DNA from: Isurus oxyrinchus
Taxonomy: Eukaryota
Assembly: GCA_026770705.1 (NCBI GenBank)
Contig: JANJGN010000013.1
Span: 58,776,001 to 58,840,000, forward strand
DNA length: 64,000 nt
Direction: 5' to 3'
Shown: positions 25,690 through 38,318 of the stretch, piece after piece
How the letters are laid out: each line of letters starts with the position of its first letter
Position numbering within the stretch: position 1 is the stretch's first letter
Position numbers and translations under genes: made by a program
Notes under the pieces: generated by a model
Database searches by the model: none
Told to the model about the DNA's origin: nothing
The model's input: the letters and a program-made list of their open reading frames with translations, nothing else

Positions 25690-28320
25690 GAGAATCATGG
25701 AACAACACAGCACAGAAGGAAGACATTGGGCCATTTGAGCCTGTGCCCGCTCTTTGAAGGACCTGTCCAATTACTGCCACTCCCATGCTTTTTCCCCACA
25801 GCTTTGCTAATATTTCCCCTTCAAGTATTTATCCAATTATGTTTTGATTGTTATCAATGAATGTGCCTCCACCATCTTTGAGGCAACAAATTGCAGATGA
25901 CAATAACTTACTACATAAAAACCTCACCTCCTTTCCTATTTGGTTCTTTTGCCAAGGCCTTAAGCTTGAGTCATCTGCTTATTGAACTTTCTGCCACTGG
26001 AACCATGTTCTCATTATTTATACTATCAAAAGTCTTCATGTTTTGAACACATCTATGAAATCCCCTCTAACCTACAATGTTTCAGGGAGAAGGTAGGGGG
26101 GTTATTCTTCAGTTTATAGAGCATTGGTGAGACCACATCTGAAGTATTGTGTGCAGTACTGGTCTCCCTATTTAAAGAAAGATGTAAATGCATTAGAAGC
26201 AGTTCAGAGAAGATTTACTAGACTAATACTAGGAATGGGTGGAAGTAGAGTCTGAGTATTTTTAAGACAAAGCTTGATAGGTTCTTGATTAACAAGGGGG
26301 TGAAAGGCTATCGGGGGTAGGCAAGAATGTGAGGTTCAGGTTACATTCAGCATTTGCCACCAGGTCTCCCTGATCCTGCAACCCCTTCAAAATTGTACCA
26401 TTTAGATTATATTGTCATACCTCACTCTTTGTAGCAAATGAATCACTTCATACTTCACCGTTAAATTTCATCTGTCATGTGTCGGCACATTTCACAAACA
26501 TTTGAAGTTCTCCTGAAGCCGTTACTGTCCTCCTCACTCGTTATTGCATTTCCAAGTTTTGTATCTGAAAAATTTGAAATTATGCGCTGTATATCAAAGT
26601 TCAGGTCTTTAATATTTATCACAATAAGAATAGTGGGCCTAACTCTGATCCTTGGGGATTACCAATGTAAACTTCCATCCAGTCTGAAAAACAATCTTTC
26701 ACCATCACTCTCCATCATTCACCATCATTGTCCCTTTGCCAGTTTCATATCCACACTGCCACTGTCCATTTAACCACATGAGATTCAATGTTGCTAAGTC
26801 CATCACGTGTACTTTCTCAAACATCTTTTGGAAATTTCATATACGCAACATCAACCATACAATCCTCATCAACCCTTTCTGTTACATCACCAAAGAAGTC
26901 AATCAAGTTAGTCAAGCATGATCTCCCTTTAGCAAATCCATGTTGACTTTTATTTTTTATCCCATACCTAACTTGAGAAAGGTGTGCTCTATCATTTTGT
27001 TTGTGGCAGCATGATTGTCACTGTAGATCTGCTGTAGATGTGTGCATGGGTTTCCACCAGAGTCATGAACCACATGAAGAATGGATAACTCTTGTCACCC
27101 AGTAACCAGCCTTTGACTTTCTATGCTGGATCAAATAGATATGGCACAGGGAGATGGTGCAGAATGAAGTTGTCAGACCTGCTGCCATGATAATGGACAT
27201 TCACCTCATAAACATATGAACATACAAATTCAGAGCAGGAGTAGGCCATTTCGCCCTTCGAGCCTGCTCCACCATTCAATAAGACCATGGCTGATCTGAT
27301 TGTGGCCTCAATTCCATATTCCACCTACACCCAATAACCTTTGACCCCTTGATAGTCAAGAATCTATCTACCTCTGCCTTAAAAAGTTTCATTGACCATG
27401 CCTCCAACGCTTTCTGGGAAAGAGAGTTCCAAAGACTCATGACCTTCAAGAAAACATTTCTCCTTACCTCCATTTTAAATAGGAGATCCCTTATTTTTAA
27501 GCTGTGTCCCCTAGTTCTAGTGTCTTCCACAAGGGAAAACATCCTTTCAGCATCCACCATGTCAAGTCCTCTCAGGATCTTATTTGTTTCAATAAGATCA
27601 CTTCCCAATCTTCTAAACTCCAATCGGTACAGGCCCAACCTGTCCAACCTTTCCTCATAAGATAACCCCCCCTTCCCAATCCCAGGTATCAGATGAGTGC
27701 ACCTTCTCTGAACTGCTTTTAATGCATTTTTTTCTTAAATAAGGAGACCAAAACTGTACACAGTATTCTAGATGTGGTCTCACCAACTGTATCAAAACAA
27801 ATCCCTACTTTTATGTTCCATTCACCTTGCAATAAACAACAACATTCTATTTGCCTTCCTAATCACTTGCTGTACCTGTAAACTAACTTTTCCTGATTCA
27901 TGTACCAGGACATTCAGATCCCACTGTACCTCACAGTTCTGCAATCTCTCTCCATTTAAATAATATACTGCCTTTCTATCCTTCCTGCAAAAGTGGACAT
28001 GTTCACATTTCCCACATTATAACCCATTTGTCATATTCTTGCCCATTCACTTAGCCTATCTATGTCCCTTGAAAATTCCTTATGCCCTTTTCACAACTTA
28101 CTTTCCTACATATCTTTGTGTCATCAGCAAATTTAGCAACCATACATTTGGTCCCTTTGTACAAATCATTTAAATAGATTGTTAATAGTTGAGGCCCCAG
28201 CATTGATCTCTATGGCACTCCACTCATCACATCTTGCCAACTCGAGAAACACCCATTTATCCCTACTCTCTGCTTCCTGTTAGTCAACCAATCCTCTAAC
28301 CATGCTAATATGTTACCCCT
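25690..28320 (-). mobile_element. Mosaic of CR1 3' fragments (mostly minus; short plus piece ~26095-26345)
   Basis: ORF 27276-27647 'RLGLYRLEFRRLGSDLIET...TRGHSLK...WNSL' is the CR1 ORF2 C-terminus; several tails. Confidence 0.8.
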
Positions 28321-28689
28321 GCCTGTGGTCACATACCAGCTGCACATTGAGGGAATGAAAGCCCTTCAACCAAATGGTCGAATTCACAGGAGAAGGGAAT
28401 AACATATTGTTGGCACTTTGTGTATGGAAAGACTCAGTGATCTTCCTATGCAACAGTGCACTGCAAACCACGAGATATTGCTTACATCTTCAGCAACAGG
28501 TAGAAGAAGCCCGACCCATAAAATTTAAGAGCCATAGACACATTGAAAGCCACAGGCAATACTGTCCTTGCCCAGTTTGAGGCCACAGTTGTAGTTGTAG
28601 CACTTGGCAGATTTCAGTTACTAGCCCATTTGTGAAGCCATTCATGCCCCATCTGGACACAATCTTTGCCTCTTTGCTGTACCCATTCC

Positions 28690-29040
28690 CACTCTCTTTG
28701 GCTTTTGCATCATGAAATTGATTCTTAGTTAATCTCTCCCCCCCTCACCACCACCACCCGTGCCACCACCTCCCCCCCCCCCCCCCCCCCCCCCCACCCA
28801 CCCCCGGCCCCCCACACCGCAACCTACCACAGACCTTCCATTTTGTTCTTCCTAACCCCTCCCCCTTCCACTGACATAAAAACTCTTATATTTCTATCTT
28901 CCTTCCACTCTGATGAAAGGTCATTGACCTGAAATGCTAACTCTGTTCCTCTGTCCACAGACACTGCCTGACTTGCTGAGCATTTCCAACATTTTTTGTT
29001 TTGATTTCAGGTTCCCAGCATCCGCAATATTGTGCTTTTC
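28690..29040 (+). mobile_element. Longer hammerhead-bearing repeat (Penelope pLTR-like)
   Basis: CTGATGA(28910-28916)-A-AGGTC-att-GACCT-GAAA(28931-28934); cleavage-site region mutated to TGCT; upstream pyrimidine-rich part shared with 49825-49980. Confidence 0.8.
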
Positions 29041-29049
29041 TAAAAAGAA

Positions 29050-29750
29050 AATGGTACAATTTTAAAGGGAGTGCTAGAACCAAGAAACCTGGAGGTGTGC
29101 ATGCACAAATATTTGAAGGTGGCATCACAAGTTACAGAATTTATTTAAAAAAAATTTCAGGATCATTGGTTTTATAAACAGAGACAGTAAGAAGAAAAGC
29201 AAGGGAATTATGCTAAACTTTTAGGTTAGGCCTCAGCTGAAGTGTTATATGCAATTTTGGCAGCCATGCTTTCGGAATGATAACAAGACTATGGAGAGGC
29301 CAAAAAGGAGAGTTACTATGATAGTACCAGTGATGCCAAAGCTCAGTTTTCTGGGGAAGCTGGGGGAAATTTCCTTGAGAGTAAAGGCAAAGGAAGATTT
29401 CACGGATGATCAAAATTGTGAAGGAAAATAAGAAGAACTGGTTTCCACTGCCAGAAGCATCAATACCAGAGGACACAAATTAAAGGTCATTGGCAAAGGA
29501 ACCAAAAGCAAGATGAGCAGAATGATTTCTTTTATGCAGGGAGTTGTTATGATCTAGAATACACTGCATAAAAGGGCAGTGAAAACAGAATTGATGCTAA
29601 CTTTCAAAAGGGAATTGTATAGATACAAGAGGGGAAATGAATTGCAGGGTTATGGGAAATGCAACTAACTATATTGCTCTTTTAAGGAGTCACCACAGGA
29701 ATGAATGACCAAGTGTTTTCTTTCTGTGTTGTATAGTTGAATCATTCTGT
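29050..29750 (+). mobile_element. Old CR1 3' fragment
   Basis: Degenerate 'gttaggcctcagctg', 'ccagaggacacaaattaaagg' and tail. Confidence 0.7.
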
Positions 29751-29924
29751 GACTCACCTCCAATTGTTATTTATCGACAGGCACTAACGAAAGTTTATAC
29801 ACTAGCGAAAGTTAATCAAGAATTTCCTCAGGAGTTCTCCCTGTCCACCACCAGGAGAAGGACTCAGAGCGTATCTCATCACTAAAACCTTCCCTACGTC
29901 AGTCAGTATTATTCTGATGGTATT

Positions 29925-30130
29925 CAGTGAATCAGTGGTAGCACTTTCACCTCTGAAAGGTTCTGGGGTCAAAGCCTCATTCCAGGGGCTTGAGCACAGT
30001 TAGGTGTGGGGGGCATGTAATCTATCAGATGATAGGCCTGACTGTTCTCTCAGGTGGATTAAAAGATCCTAATGGCACTATTTGAAGAAGTTGAGGGCAA
30101 TTCTACTTATGCCTCACCAATATTTACCCT
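29925..30130 (+). mobile_element. Deu-domain-like SINE fragment
   Basis: 'ctctcaggtggattaaaagatcctaatggcactatttgaagaag' homologous to 63185-63585 (-) and 57850-58230 (+). Confidence 0.65.
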
Positions 30131-30184
30131 GGAACTCTCCACCTAACTCCACCATGTGAGTCCCTTGGCAACATGGACCACTGC

Positions 30185-30579
30185 AGTTCAGAAGGACATC
30201 CACGAGTAGAGGGAGCCTGTGTCTAAAGTCCATCCCAAAGGTTCTCCTCAGTACTATAGGACCATGTGCTGAGGGAGGCACTAAAGCTTGGGGCAGCCAC
30301 CGAAGGGGCGCAATGGGGAAAGGTCGCTGTCTAAGACCTTTCAGCCTTAGTGCACCGAGGGTCTGGGAATTGTATAGACCCCTCAGGCTGTATGACTCGC
30401 AATGAATGTATGCAGTAAATATTACATGTATCATTATTTTATTGAAGCTCCTCAAGGGTGCAACATGATCTATATACAAAGCTTGACTATCATTGCACTT
30501 TCTGTGATGGCCATCTTGAAATGGTTGGTAATGTTCTTTCTGATTTTTCATCAATAAAGCATATTTTTGCAAAAAAAAA
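30185..30579 (+). mobile_element. Tx1/L1-like LINE 3' end with poly(A) tail
   Basis: Encodes DHVLREALKLGAATEGAQWGKVAV*, homologous to ~61600-61672; AATAAA at ~30553 and an A-tail at 30571-30579. Confidence 0.7.
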
Positions 30580-31176
30580 CGTCCTCCTCAGCACTGTACT
30601 GCATTGAACTGTCAGTCCATTTTTCGCCGTATAGAGATTACATGGGGGATCTTCTGCCGAAACTTTAGCGCCGGATAGCGGCAGATCAGCAGCACGCTCG
30701 CCGATATCACAAGCGACTATCGCCAGACAGTATAGCTAATCCTGCAGCAGATCGATAATGCGAAAAGTATATAAAATTATAACTGCAAGTTCTGTTTCTT
30801 AAATTCTGATACAGAAAATCAAAGATGGGTATATTTATTACTGTGCAACTCGTTATTACTGTGATTGCCCATTTGTTCTGCTAACTTCCCGGCGAGGCCA
30901 TCCCATCCATTGCCCATTTCAGCTTTCCAATTCAGAACCTTCCTCAGCCACTTGAGACAGCAATCAAGCTGGAGTAAGGTGTAAGAGACAAGTTCTCTCT
31001 GAAGGACTTTGTGAACATTTTTTTCGGTTATAAGCGTTAAAACAGCCAGATTTATTGCCAGAGTTCCAGAGCTCTATATTGCGAGACTTAAGCTCGGGTC
31101 CTCAGGGTTTCACGGCTATCGGGCTTCCAGTACATTATTTATTAATTTTATTTTCGCAAATCTTTGCATAACCTGA

Positions 31177-31191
31177 CCACTAGATGGTGCT
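31177..31191 (+). promoter_or_regulatory. CTCF-binding motif
   Basis: CCACTAGATGGTGCT is a near-consensus CCACYAGRKGGCRS core in unique sequence. Confidence 0.6.
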
Positions 31192-31784
31192 CTCCGTTCG
31201 GCTACATGTATCATGTGCGATGTCACGGTAGAAGCTGTCCTGTCACATGCAACTAAGACAACAAATTTCTATATTTACAATTGAAGCCTATATAGGTCCA
31301 TAAAGCCTTTAACAGGCATAATTGCGTGGAGTGCATAGGGGTTACAAACAACCTCAGTGAAAATAATTTTAGGCTCTCAAAATGTATTTCTTGCACAAGG
31401 TAAGCCACACTTTCGGTCAACAGTAATTATGTTTCCTTAGGTTTTGAGCTGAGATTTCACTTGTTGATTTTATACGAATCTTCTTCAAAATGAGGATTGT
31501 TCTGAAGAACGAGTTGTTTTGTATCCACGCGAGGGCGAGCACACACGTTAATATAAGGCTATGGCGTTTGCTGTTAAATTTCTTTGGAGTAGCTATACTA
31601 AACCAGTGTAAATGACCCAACAAGGATGGCCCATTCTGTGCGGTACCAGTCAAGCTTTTCGTTGAGAGCGCGGTTCAGGTTAATTGCTGTATTACTTTAA
31701 ATCCGTTTCGAACAGTAATTCAGCCGCGAAACTCTCAAAGGGATCTCAAAAAATAAACACACAAATCAGTGAAAGCTGCGCCAA

Positions 31785-31934
31785 TAAAGTATTTTACAAA
31801 ACCAAGCGTTAGAGTTTATTCCTGAAGAGGTGGAATTGAAAATTCGAGAAGTTGTGCTAGTAAAGTATTTTTCAAAACCAAGCGTTAAAGTTTATTACTG
31901 AAGAGGTGGAATTGAAAATTCGAGTTGTGCTAAG
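31785..31934 (+). repeat. Two-copy ~76-bp tandem duplication at the 5' junction of a CR1
   Basis: Units 31785-31860 and 31861-31934 differ by a few substitutions and a small indel. Confidence 0.9.
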
Positions 31935-32460
31935 CCTGTATGGATCCTTGGTTAGGCCATACTTGGGGTACTACGCACAATTCTGTTTGTCATTTTATAT
32001 AAAAAACAAATAAAGACACTAGAGAGGCTACAAAAAAGATTTACAGGGATGAGACTAGAACTTCGCGGTCATACCTATCAGGAAAGGATGAACAGCGGGG
32101 TTTCTATTCTCTTGAAAAGAGAAGGCCCAAGGATGACCTGATAAACATTTTTAACATGCTGATACATTATGTTATAGCGTAGCCACAGAGTGTTTCCACT
32201 TATAGGGGGAAAAAACTGAGGCCTTAAATATAAGATAATCACCAAGAAAATCAAATAGTGAGTTCAGAAGAAAGTTCTTGCTAATGTGGAGTTCGCTTCC
32301 ACGAGCAACAGCGTAGATCCATTCAAGGGGACTTCGATGCCTATATGAAGGGGCAGGGAGTAGAGGGTCATACCGATTACATGGCAAAAGGCACAAATGT
32401 CGACACACACTGGTTGGGCCGAATGGCTGTTTCAATGCTGTACATTTTATATAATCCTAT
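31830..32460 (+). mobile_element. 5'-truncated CR1 fragment
   Basis: 'ggaattgaaaattcgag..ttggttaggccatacttgg' (GIEFK..LVRPHLEY region) through the tail. Confidence 0.7.
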
Positions 32461-32944
32461 CCAGGACAGTTGAATATTTATCGACAAATGAATTCTGCCA
32501 TTCTCGGGTGTACGCACTTCCTAATGACTGCAGTTCTGTGCAGAGTTCCCATTTTTATACCTATTACTTTAGTTGCATTCTGATGTCGATCATTCCATTC
32601 TTCTGTGCACTATTCAAAACATCCTGCAGCATCGTGTCTGGTTAATCCTTCCATTGCATTAGTTCTCGTATCCGTTTCCTTGTCCATCCTTTATCCAGCC
32701 ATGGGTTATATCTGAAATATATATATATATATATGTATTTCCTCTTGAAAGCAACCATAAAAGCTGGAACTCAGCGAAACTGCAATGTTAGAGAGAGCAT
32801 CCTTCAGATGAAGAATGAAGCCCCGGAGGCACAACTATCCCGGGAGTCTATGATACATATCAGAAGATAATTCCAGCGACATGAGCAATATTTACCAAGA
32901 AATTGTCGATGCTATTTAGGCTGCTCCATTTAAATATCTTCAGG

Positions 32945-35160
32945 TTAAGGTGCTTAATTGGGGGAAGGCTAATTATAACAATATTAGGCAGGAACTGAGG
33001 AATCTAGACTGGAGGCGAATGTTTGAGGGCAAATCAACAACTGTTGGGGCGGGGGTGGGGTGGGGGGGGGAGGCTTTCAAACGTCAGTTGATAAGAATTC
33101 AGGACAGGCTGTTCCTGTTAGGATGAAGGATAATTATGTCAAGTTTCAGGAACCTTGGATAATGAAGGATATTGTGAGATTAGTCAAAAAGAAAAGGGAA
33201 GCATTCGTAAGGGCTAGAAGGCTGGGAACAGATGAAGCCAGTGGAGAATATAAAGAAAGTAGGAAGAAACTTAAGAAGGAGTCAGGAGGGCTAAAAGGGG
33301 TCATGAAAAGCCATTGGCAACAGGATTAAGGAAAATCCCAAGGCCTTTTATACATATGTAAAAAGCAAGAGGGTAGCCAGGGCAAGGGTAGGCCCACTCA
33401 GGTACAGAGGTAGGAATCTGTGTGTAGAGCCAGAAGAAATGGGAGAGATACTAAATGAGTACTTCTCATCAGTATTCACCAAAGAGAAGGACTTAGTGGT
33501 TGATTTGTCTAGGGAAGAGTGTGTAGATAGCCTGGATCATGTTGAGATCAAAAAAAAGATGGTGTTAGGCATCTTGAAGAATATTAAGGTGGATAAGTCC
33601 CCAGGGGCAGATGGGATCTACCCCAGGGTACTGAGCGAAGTAAGGGAGGAAATTCCTGGGGCCTTGACAGAAATCTTTGTATCCTCACTGGCTATGGGTG
33701 GGGTCCCAGAAGACTGGAGAATGGTCAATGTTGCTCCATTGTTTAAGAAGGGTAGCAGGGATAAGCCAGTAAATTACAGGCCAGTGAGCCTTTCGTCAGT
33801 GATAGGGAAATTATTGGAGAAGATTCTTCATGACAGGATTTACTACCATTTGGAAGCAAATGGGCATATTAGTGAGAGGTAGCATGGTTTTGTGAAGGAG
33901 AGATCGTGTCTCACTAACTTGATCAAGTTTTTCAAGGAAATGACAAAGATGATCGACGATGGAAGGGCAGTGGATGTTATCTACATGGATTTTAGTAAGG
34001 CCTTTGACAAGGTCCCTCATGGCAGACTGGTACAGAAGGTAAAGTTGCACGGGATCAGAGGTGAGCTGGCAAGATGGATACAGAATTGGCTTGGTCATAG
34101 AAGACAGAGGGTAGCAATGGAAGGGTGCTTTTCTGAATGGGGAGCTGTGACTAGTGGTGTTCCTCAGGGATCAGTGCTGGGACCTTTGCTGTTTGTAGTA
34201 TACATAAATGATTTGGAGGAAAATGTAACTGGGCCAATTAGTAAGTTTGCAGATGACACTAAGGTTGGAGGTGTTGCAGATAGTGAAGAGGATTGTCAAA
34301 GGATACAACGGGATATAGATTGGTTGGGGACTTGGGCACAGAAATGGCAGATGGAGTTTAATCTGGACAAATGCGAGGTAATGCATTTTGGAAGATCTAA
34401 TACAGGTAGGAATTATACAGTAAATTGCAGAACCCTTAAGTGCATCGACGGGCAGAGGGATCTGGGTGTACAGGTCCACAGGTCACTGAAAGTGGCAATG
34501 CAGGTTGATAAGGTAGTCAGGAAGGCATATGGCATGCTTGCCTTCATCGGCTGGGGTATTGAGTATAAAAGCTGGGAAGTCATACTGCAGCTGTATAGAA
34601 CCTTGGTTAGGCCACACTTGGAATATTGCATGCAATTCTGATCGCCACAGTACCAGAAGGATATTGAGGCATTGGAGAGGGTGCAGAGGAGGTTTACCAG
34701 GATGCTGCCTGGTCTGGAGGTTAATAGCTATGAGGAGAGGTTGGAGAAACTTGGATTATTCTCACTAGAGTGACAGAGATTGAGGGGCAACTTGATAGAA
34801 GTTCACAAAATTATGAGTGGCATGGACAGAGTAGACAGTCAGAAGCTTTTTCCCAGATTGGAAGAGTCAATTACTAGGGGATATAGATTTAAGGTGAGAG
34901 GAGAAATCTTTAGAGGAGATGTGTGGGGCAAGTTTTTCACGCAGAGAGTGGTGAGTGTCTGCCAAAGGTGGTGGTGGAAGCAGGTACGATAATGGTGTTT
35001 AAGAGGCAACTTGACAAATACATGAATAGGATGGGAATAGAGGGACATGGACCCCAGAAGTGCAAAATGTTTTAGTTTGATAGGCAATATGATTGGCGTA
35101 GGCTTGGAGGGCCAAAGGGCCTGTTCCTGTGCTGTACTTATCTTTGTTCTTTGTTCTAAT
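32945..35160 (+). mobile_element. Relatively young 5'-truncated CR1 LINE (RT)
   Basis: ORFs 33439-33882 and 33892-34641 are in the same frame, separated by a single stop; KSPGADG, NYRPVSL, DFSKAFDKVPH, GVPQGSVLGP and FADD motifs are intact. Confidence 0.95.
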
Positions 35161-35944
35161 GATTCAAACAAGGTGTCAAGAATAACACCAAAATATAATC
35201 AGAATAGTAAGTATCTGGGCTATGTTAAGGGTAGTTTTTTTTTTATTTATTTATCTTTCTGCTCAGACAAGCTAAATCCCCACTTTTGGAATAATAGGAG
35301 GCTTGTTTTTTTTTTAAAAAGTAAAATAACAGCTTAAGTAAAAGAAAGCCCCAGAATTCACAGGAGCCATTGGGAATCGAGAAAGGTTTGGCTACAGGTA
35401 CAGCAATCATGTATCTACAACACCTGCATAAAACGACAAATAGTGCATATTCATACAGAGCCTTTCACTTATTCAGGGTGTCCGAGTGCATTTTAGGTCC
35501 AATTAGTTACTTTTAGAGTTCAATCACTGTTCTTGCATAGAAAGAGGGCACAGTGATTGCCCAGCAAAAGTTGCTACAATTAGCAAATGAGATGAATTGT
35601 CCAGATAATCTGCTAAAGTGACGTTGTCTTTCCCTTATATTGACATTCTTGCGAGTGTCCTGATGAATGCAAGGCGAAAAGCTTCGACATGTCTCTTTTT
35701 TCAGCAATACTGAAGTGGCGTTTTCTGATTTATAAGTGCTGGCCAGGACACGGGGTGGGGCGGGGAGGATCGCACATCATCTGTTTTCAATGGTGTCCAG
35801 GGATTGTTACTCATCCACCAGAACATGTAGGGCGGAGCTTCGCTTTAACGACTTGTTCCAATGAGGGAACAATCGAGAATTTAGCATTGACTCTCATCTA
35901 CACTGAAGCAGCTACGTAGGCTTTGTACCCTCGTGCTCGGTGAA

Positions 35945-36790
35945 AACCTATAAACATTTGGTATTTCTACAAACCATGTATAGATAACACTTTCATTTGT
36001 ATTAAACCCATCTAGTTATAAAACCCGTATATTTTCCAACCTGAGTAAAATGGTATAATATATTAATGTGTGGATATGTGTAAAATTTGCATGCGTTTCA
36101 AATCGATATATATGCGAAAACTGCAGGTATTTGAAATTATATAAAAATTTTATGCATAAACATTGTATGTATGAAACCTGCAAATATATAAAACCTTCAC
36201 TTATATAAAAGCTGCAGTTTTTTTCCAAGCAGTGCGTATAAAATTGTATATTTATAAATAATGGGAGTACACGAACCTGTGTATGTGGAGAACCCGTATA
36301 TGCGGAAACCATACTGAAATTAAGGTCTGTATATAACTGGTAACTTTATGAAACTTGGAAGTTTGTATTTGTGTAAACCTGAATATGGGCAATATCTCAC
36401 ATATATAAAATCTAAATATAAGTAAGATTAATGCTTCATTAACCACATGAGATCTGCATATAAATAAAACCTGTATAAAACTCATGTATAAAACTTATGT
36501 ATTAACAACAATATCGAACTTACATATTTGTATAAGCAGCACATTTTAAAATGTATTGATGTCTAAACTGTGTGTTTGTGCGTGTGTGTTGTGTAATAAC
36601 CTGCACGTATAAAAAGTTGTATTTGCAAAACCGGTAAATTTATGGAATTGCATATGGATAAAACTTTGTTAAAAATTGTATTTATAAGACATTACATCTG
36701 TATAGAACGTGAATTTATATGTAATATATAGAAACCTGTTTACTTATAACCCCTGTATAAAAATGAACTCATATTGAAACCTCTACTATC
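35945..36790 (+). repeat. Degenerate AT-rich minisatellite (TATAAAACCTGTATA-like units)
   Basis: Recurring 'aaacctgtat/aaacccgtat/aaacttgtat' cores at short irregular spacing. Confidence 0.7.
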
Positions 36791-37182
36791 TAGCATAAAT
36801 GTGCGCATGTCAAACTTAATTGTAGATTATTTTAGGAAAATTGCGTAAAACTGCCCAAATAAAATCCATTTCCTAGAACCGTTGCCTGTTCACAGTCCAC
36901 ACACCACCTGCGTGTACATCACTGGGACATAAGGCTTCATAACCCGAATTTCTTTGGTCCCTGAAATAAAATCAATGTCTCCATTGAACTGCAATTTTAC
37001 ATGCCCAGCAGCTTTCTGAATGTACTAGCTAATGCCTGTTAAAGCGTGTGATACCAGTAAACACGGAGGGTGTTGGCGGGCGGGGGAGTGTTGGGGGGGG
37101 GGGGGGGTGGGGGGGTGCTATTATCTAACCCGCTTTGCGGAGCACGCTTGGCCTCCCGAATGCATGCAGATGTTGCTGAAAG

Positions 37183-37284
37183 TTTCCCACGTGTCGAGAA
37201 GAAAGGAGAGTTTAGTAGCGGTCACAGACCTGACCTGCCCCGACAAAGCAAATGGACTAATTGGCCTGCACGCCGCGCATGCGC
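37183..37284. promoter_or_regulatory. CpG-rich regulatory module (CSL site overlapping an E-box, CCAAT, NRF1 palindrome)
   Basis: TTTCCCACGTG 37183-37193; ATTGG 37260-37264; GCGCATGCGC 37275-37284. Confidence 0.5.
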
Positions 37285-37810
37285 CTTCGATTCCTTCATT
37301 CAGTTCAAAACAATATGAGCCAGCGTATGTCACGCCAGTCAGCTTCCAGAGCTCAAATATTAAAGCAAGAACTATCCAATATTCGTCATATGTCTGTTTC
37401 TTTGACTTTTATTACCCGAAGGAGCGCGTCTACTTTTATTTTCAATAGATTTATTTATAAAGCCAGCATTATAAGAGCTTGTAATCATGGCAGAAGTTCG
37501 GATCTCTGGTCCTGAACCACGCGGATTTCAGCTACCCGATTCTGTCAACATCCAGGAATGGAGATGCAAAACTCTTTCCCGGCTGCTGAAGAGTAACTCG
37601 CTGTATTCATCTGCAAAGTTTAAGTACCAATCAAAGGGTCGATCCTGATTAAAGACCTTTCACTCTTTCCCTATTAGAAACCGATGTTTTGTCCACTTCC
37701 CTGGTGTTTTGAGATTTCAGCCTGCTACATTCAGCAGCTGCCCTTCCGAGTATCATTTTCCTCTTGACTCCCCAATAGTGTCGGATTATCACAACAATCT
37801 CTTCATTTAC

Positions 37811-37945
37811 AAAATGAAAAGCCTGCGGATGCTGGAATTCTGAAATAAAAACAGAAAATGCTGGAAACACTCAGCAGGTCTGGCAGCATCTGTGGAGAGA
37901 GAAATAGAGTTAACGTTTCAGGTCAATGACCATTCATCTGAACTT
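37811..37945 (-). mobile_element. Short hammerhead-bearing repeat
   Basis: Minus strand: AGTT-CAGATGA-A-TGGTC-att-GACCT-GAAA-CGTT-AACT, then the family tail. Confidence 0.8.
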
Positions 37946-38318
37946 CTCATTTATTCATTTAATTCAAGAAACTAATGAAAGAAACGTGACACTAAAATAA
38001 GTGAGAAATCCCCACCCACATGTACTGGCACGGTGAGCCTCATAGGAACATGCAGCCTCTTAACTATAACTTTGAGAATTTACTGTAACCTATGGTTCCA
38101 ATGCCTTAGGTATATCAAAGATGTGATTAGTGTTGGCGCATAATTTACACAGAATTCGGCTTTTAATACAGGTGAACAAAGCGACGTTTTTAACTTCCAC
38201 ATAAACTATGAGTTGTGCAGGTGGTTTCCACGTTTACTGAGTGACACGAACAGGCTGAGCGCACTGTGGATTTGATCCCTGATATTTTAAGCGGTGCTGA
38301 GATAGCTGGAATTGCCTC

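Noticed and set aside
31417-31660. Minus-strand 'LDWYR' and 'NYC' as a V-domain relic
   Set aside because: Different frames, spacing too long for a V domain, no FR1 cysteine or J motif
6750-35160. Numerous 60-250 aa ORFs as host genes
   Set aside because: They are sense or antisense frames of LINE ORF2 remnants; no complete autonomous element is present
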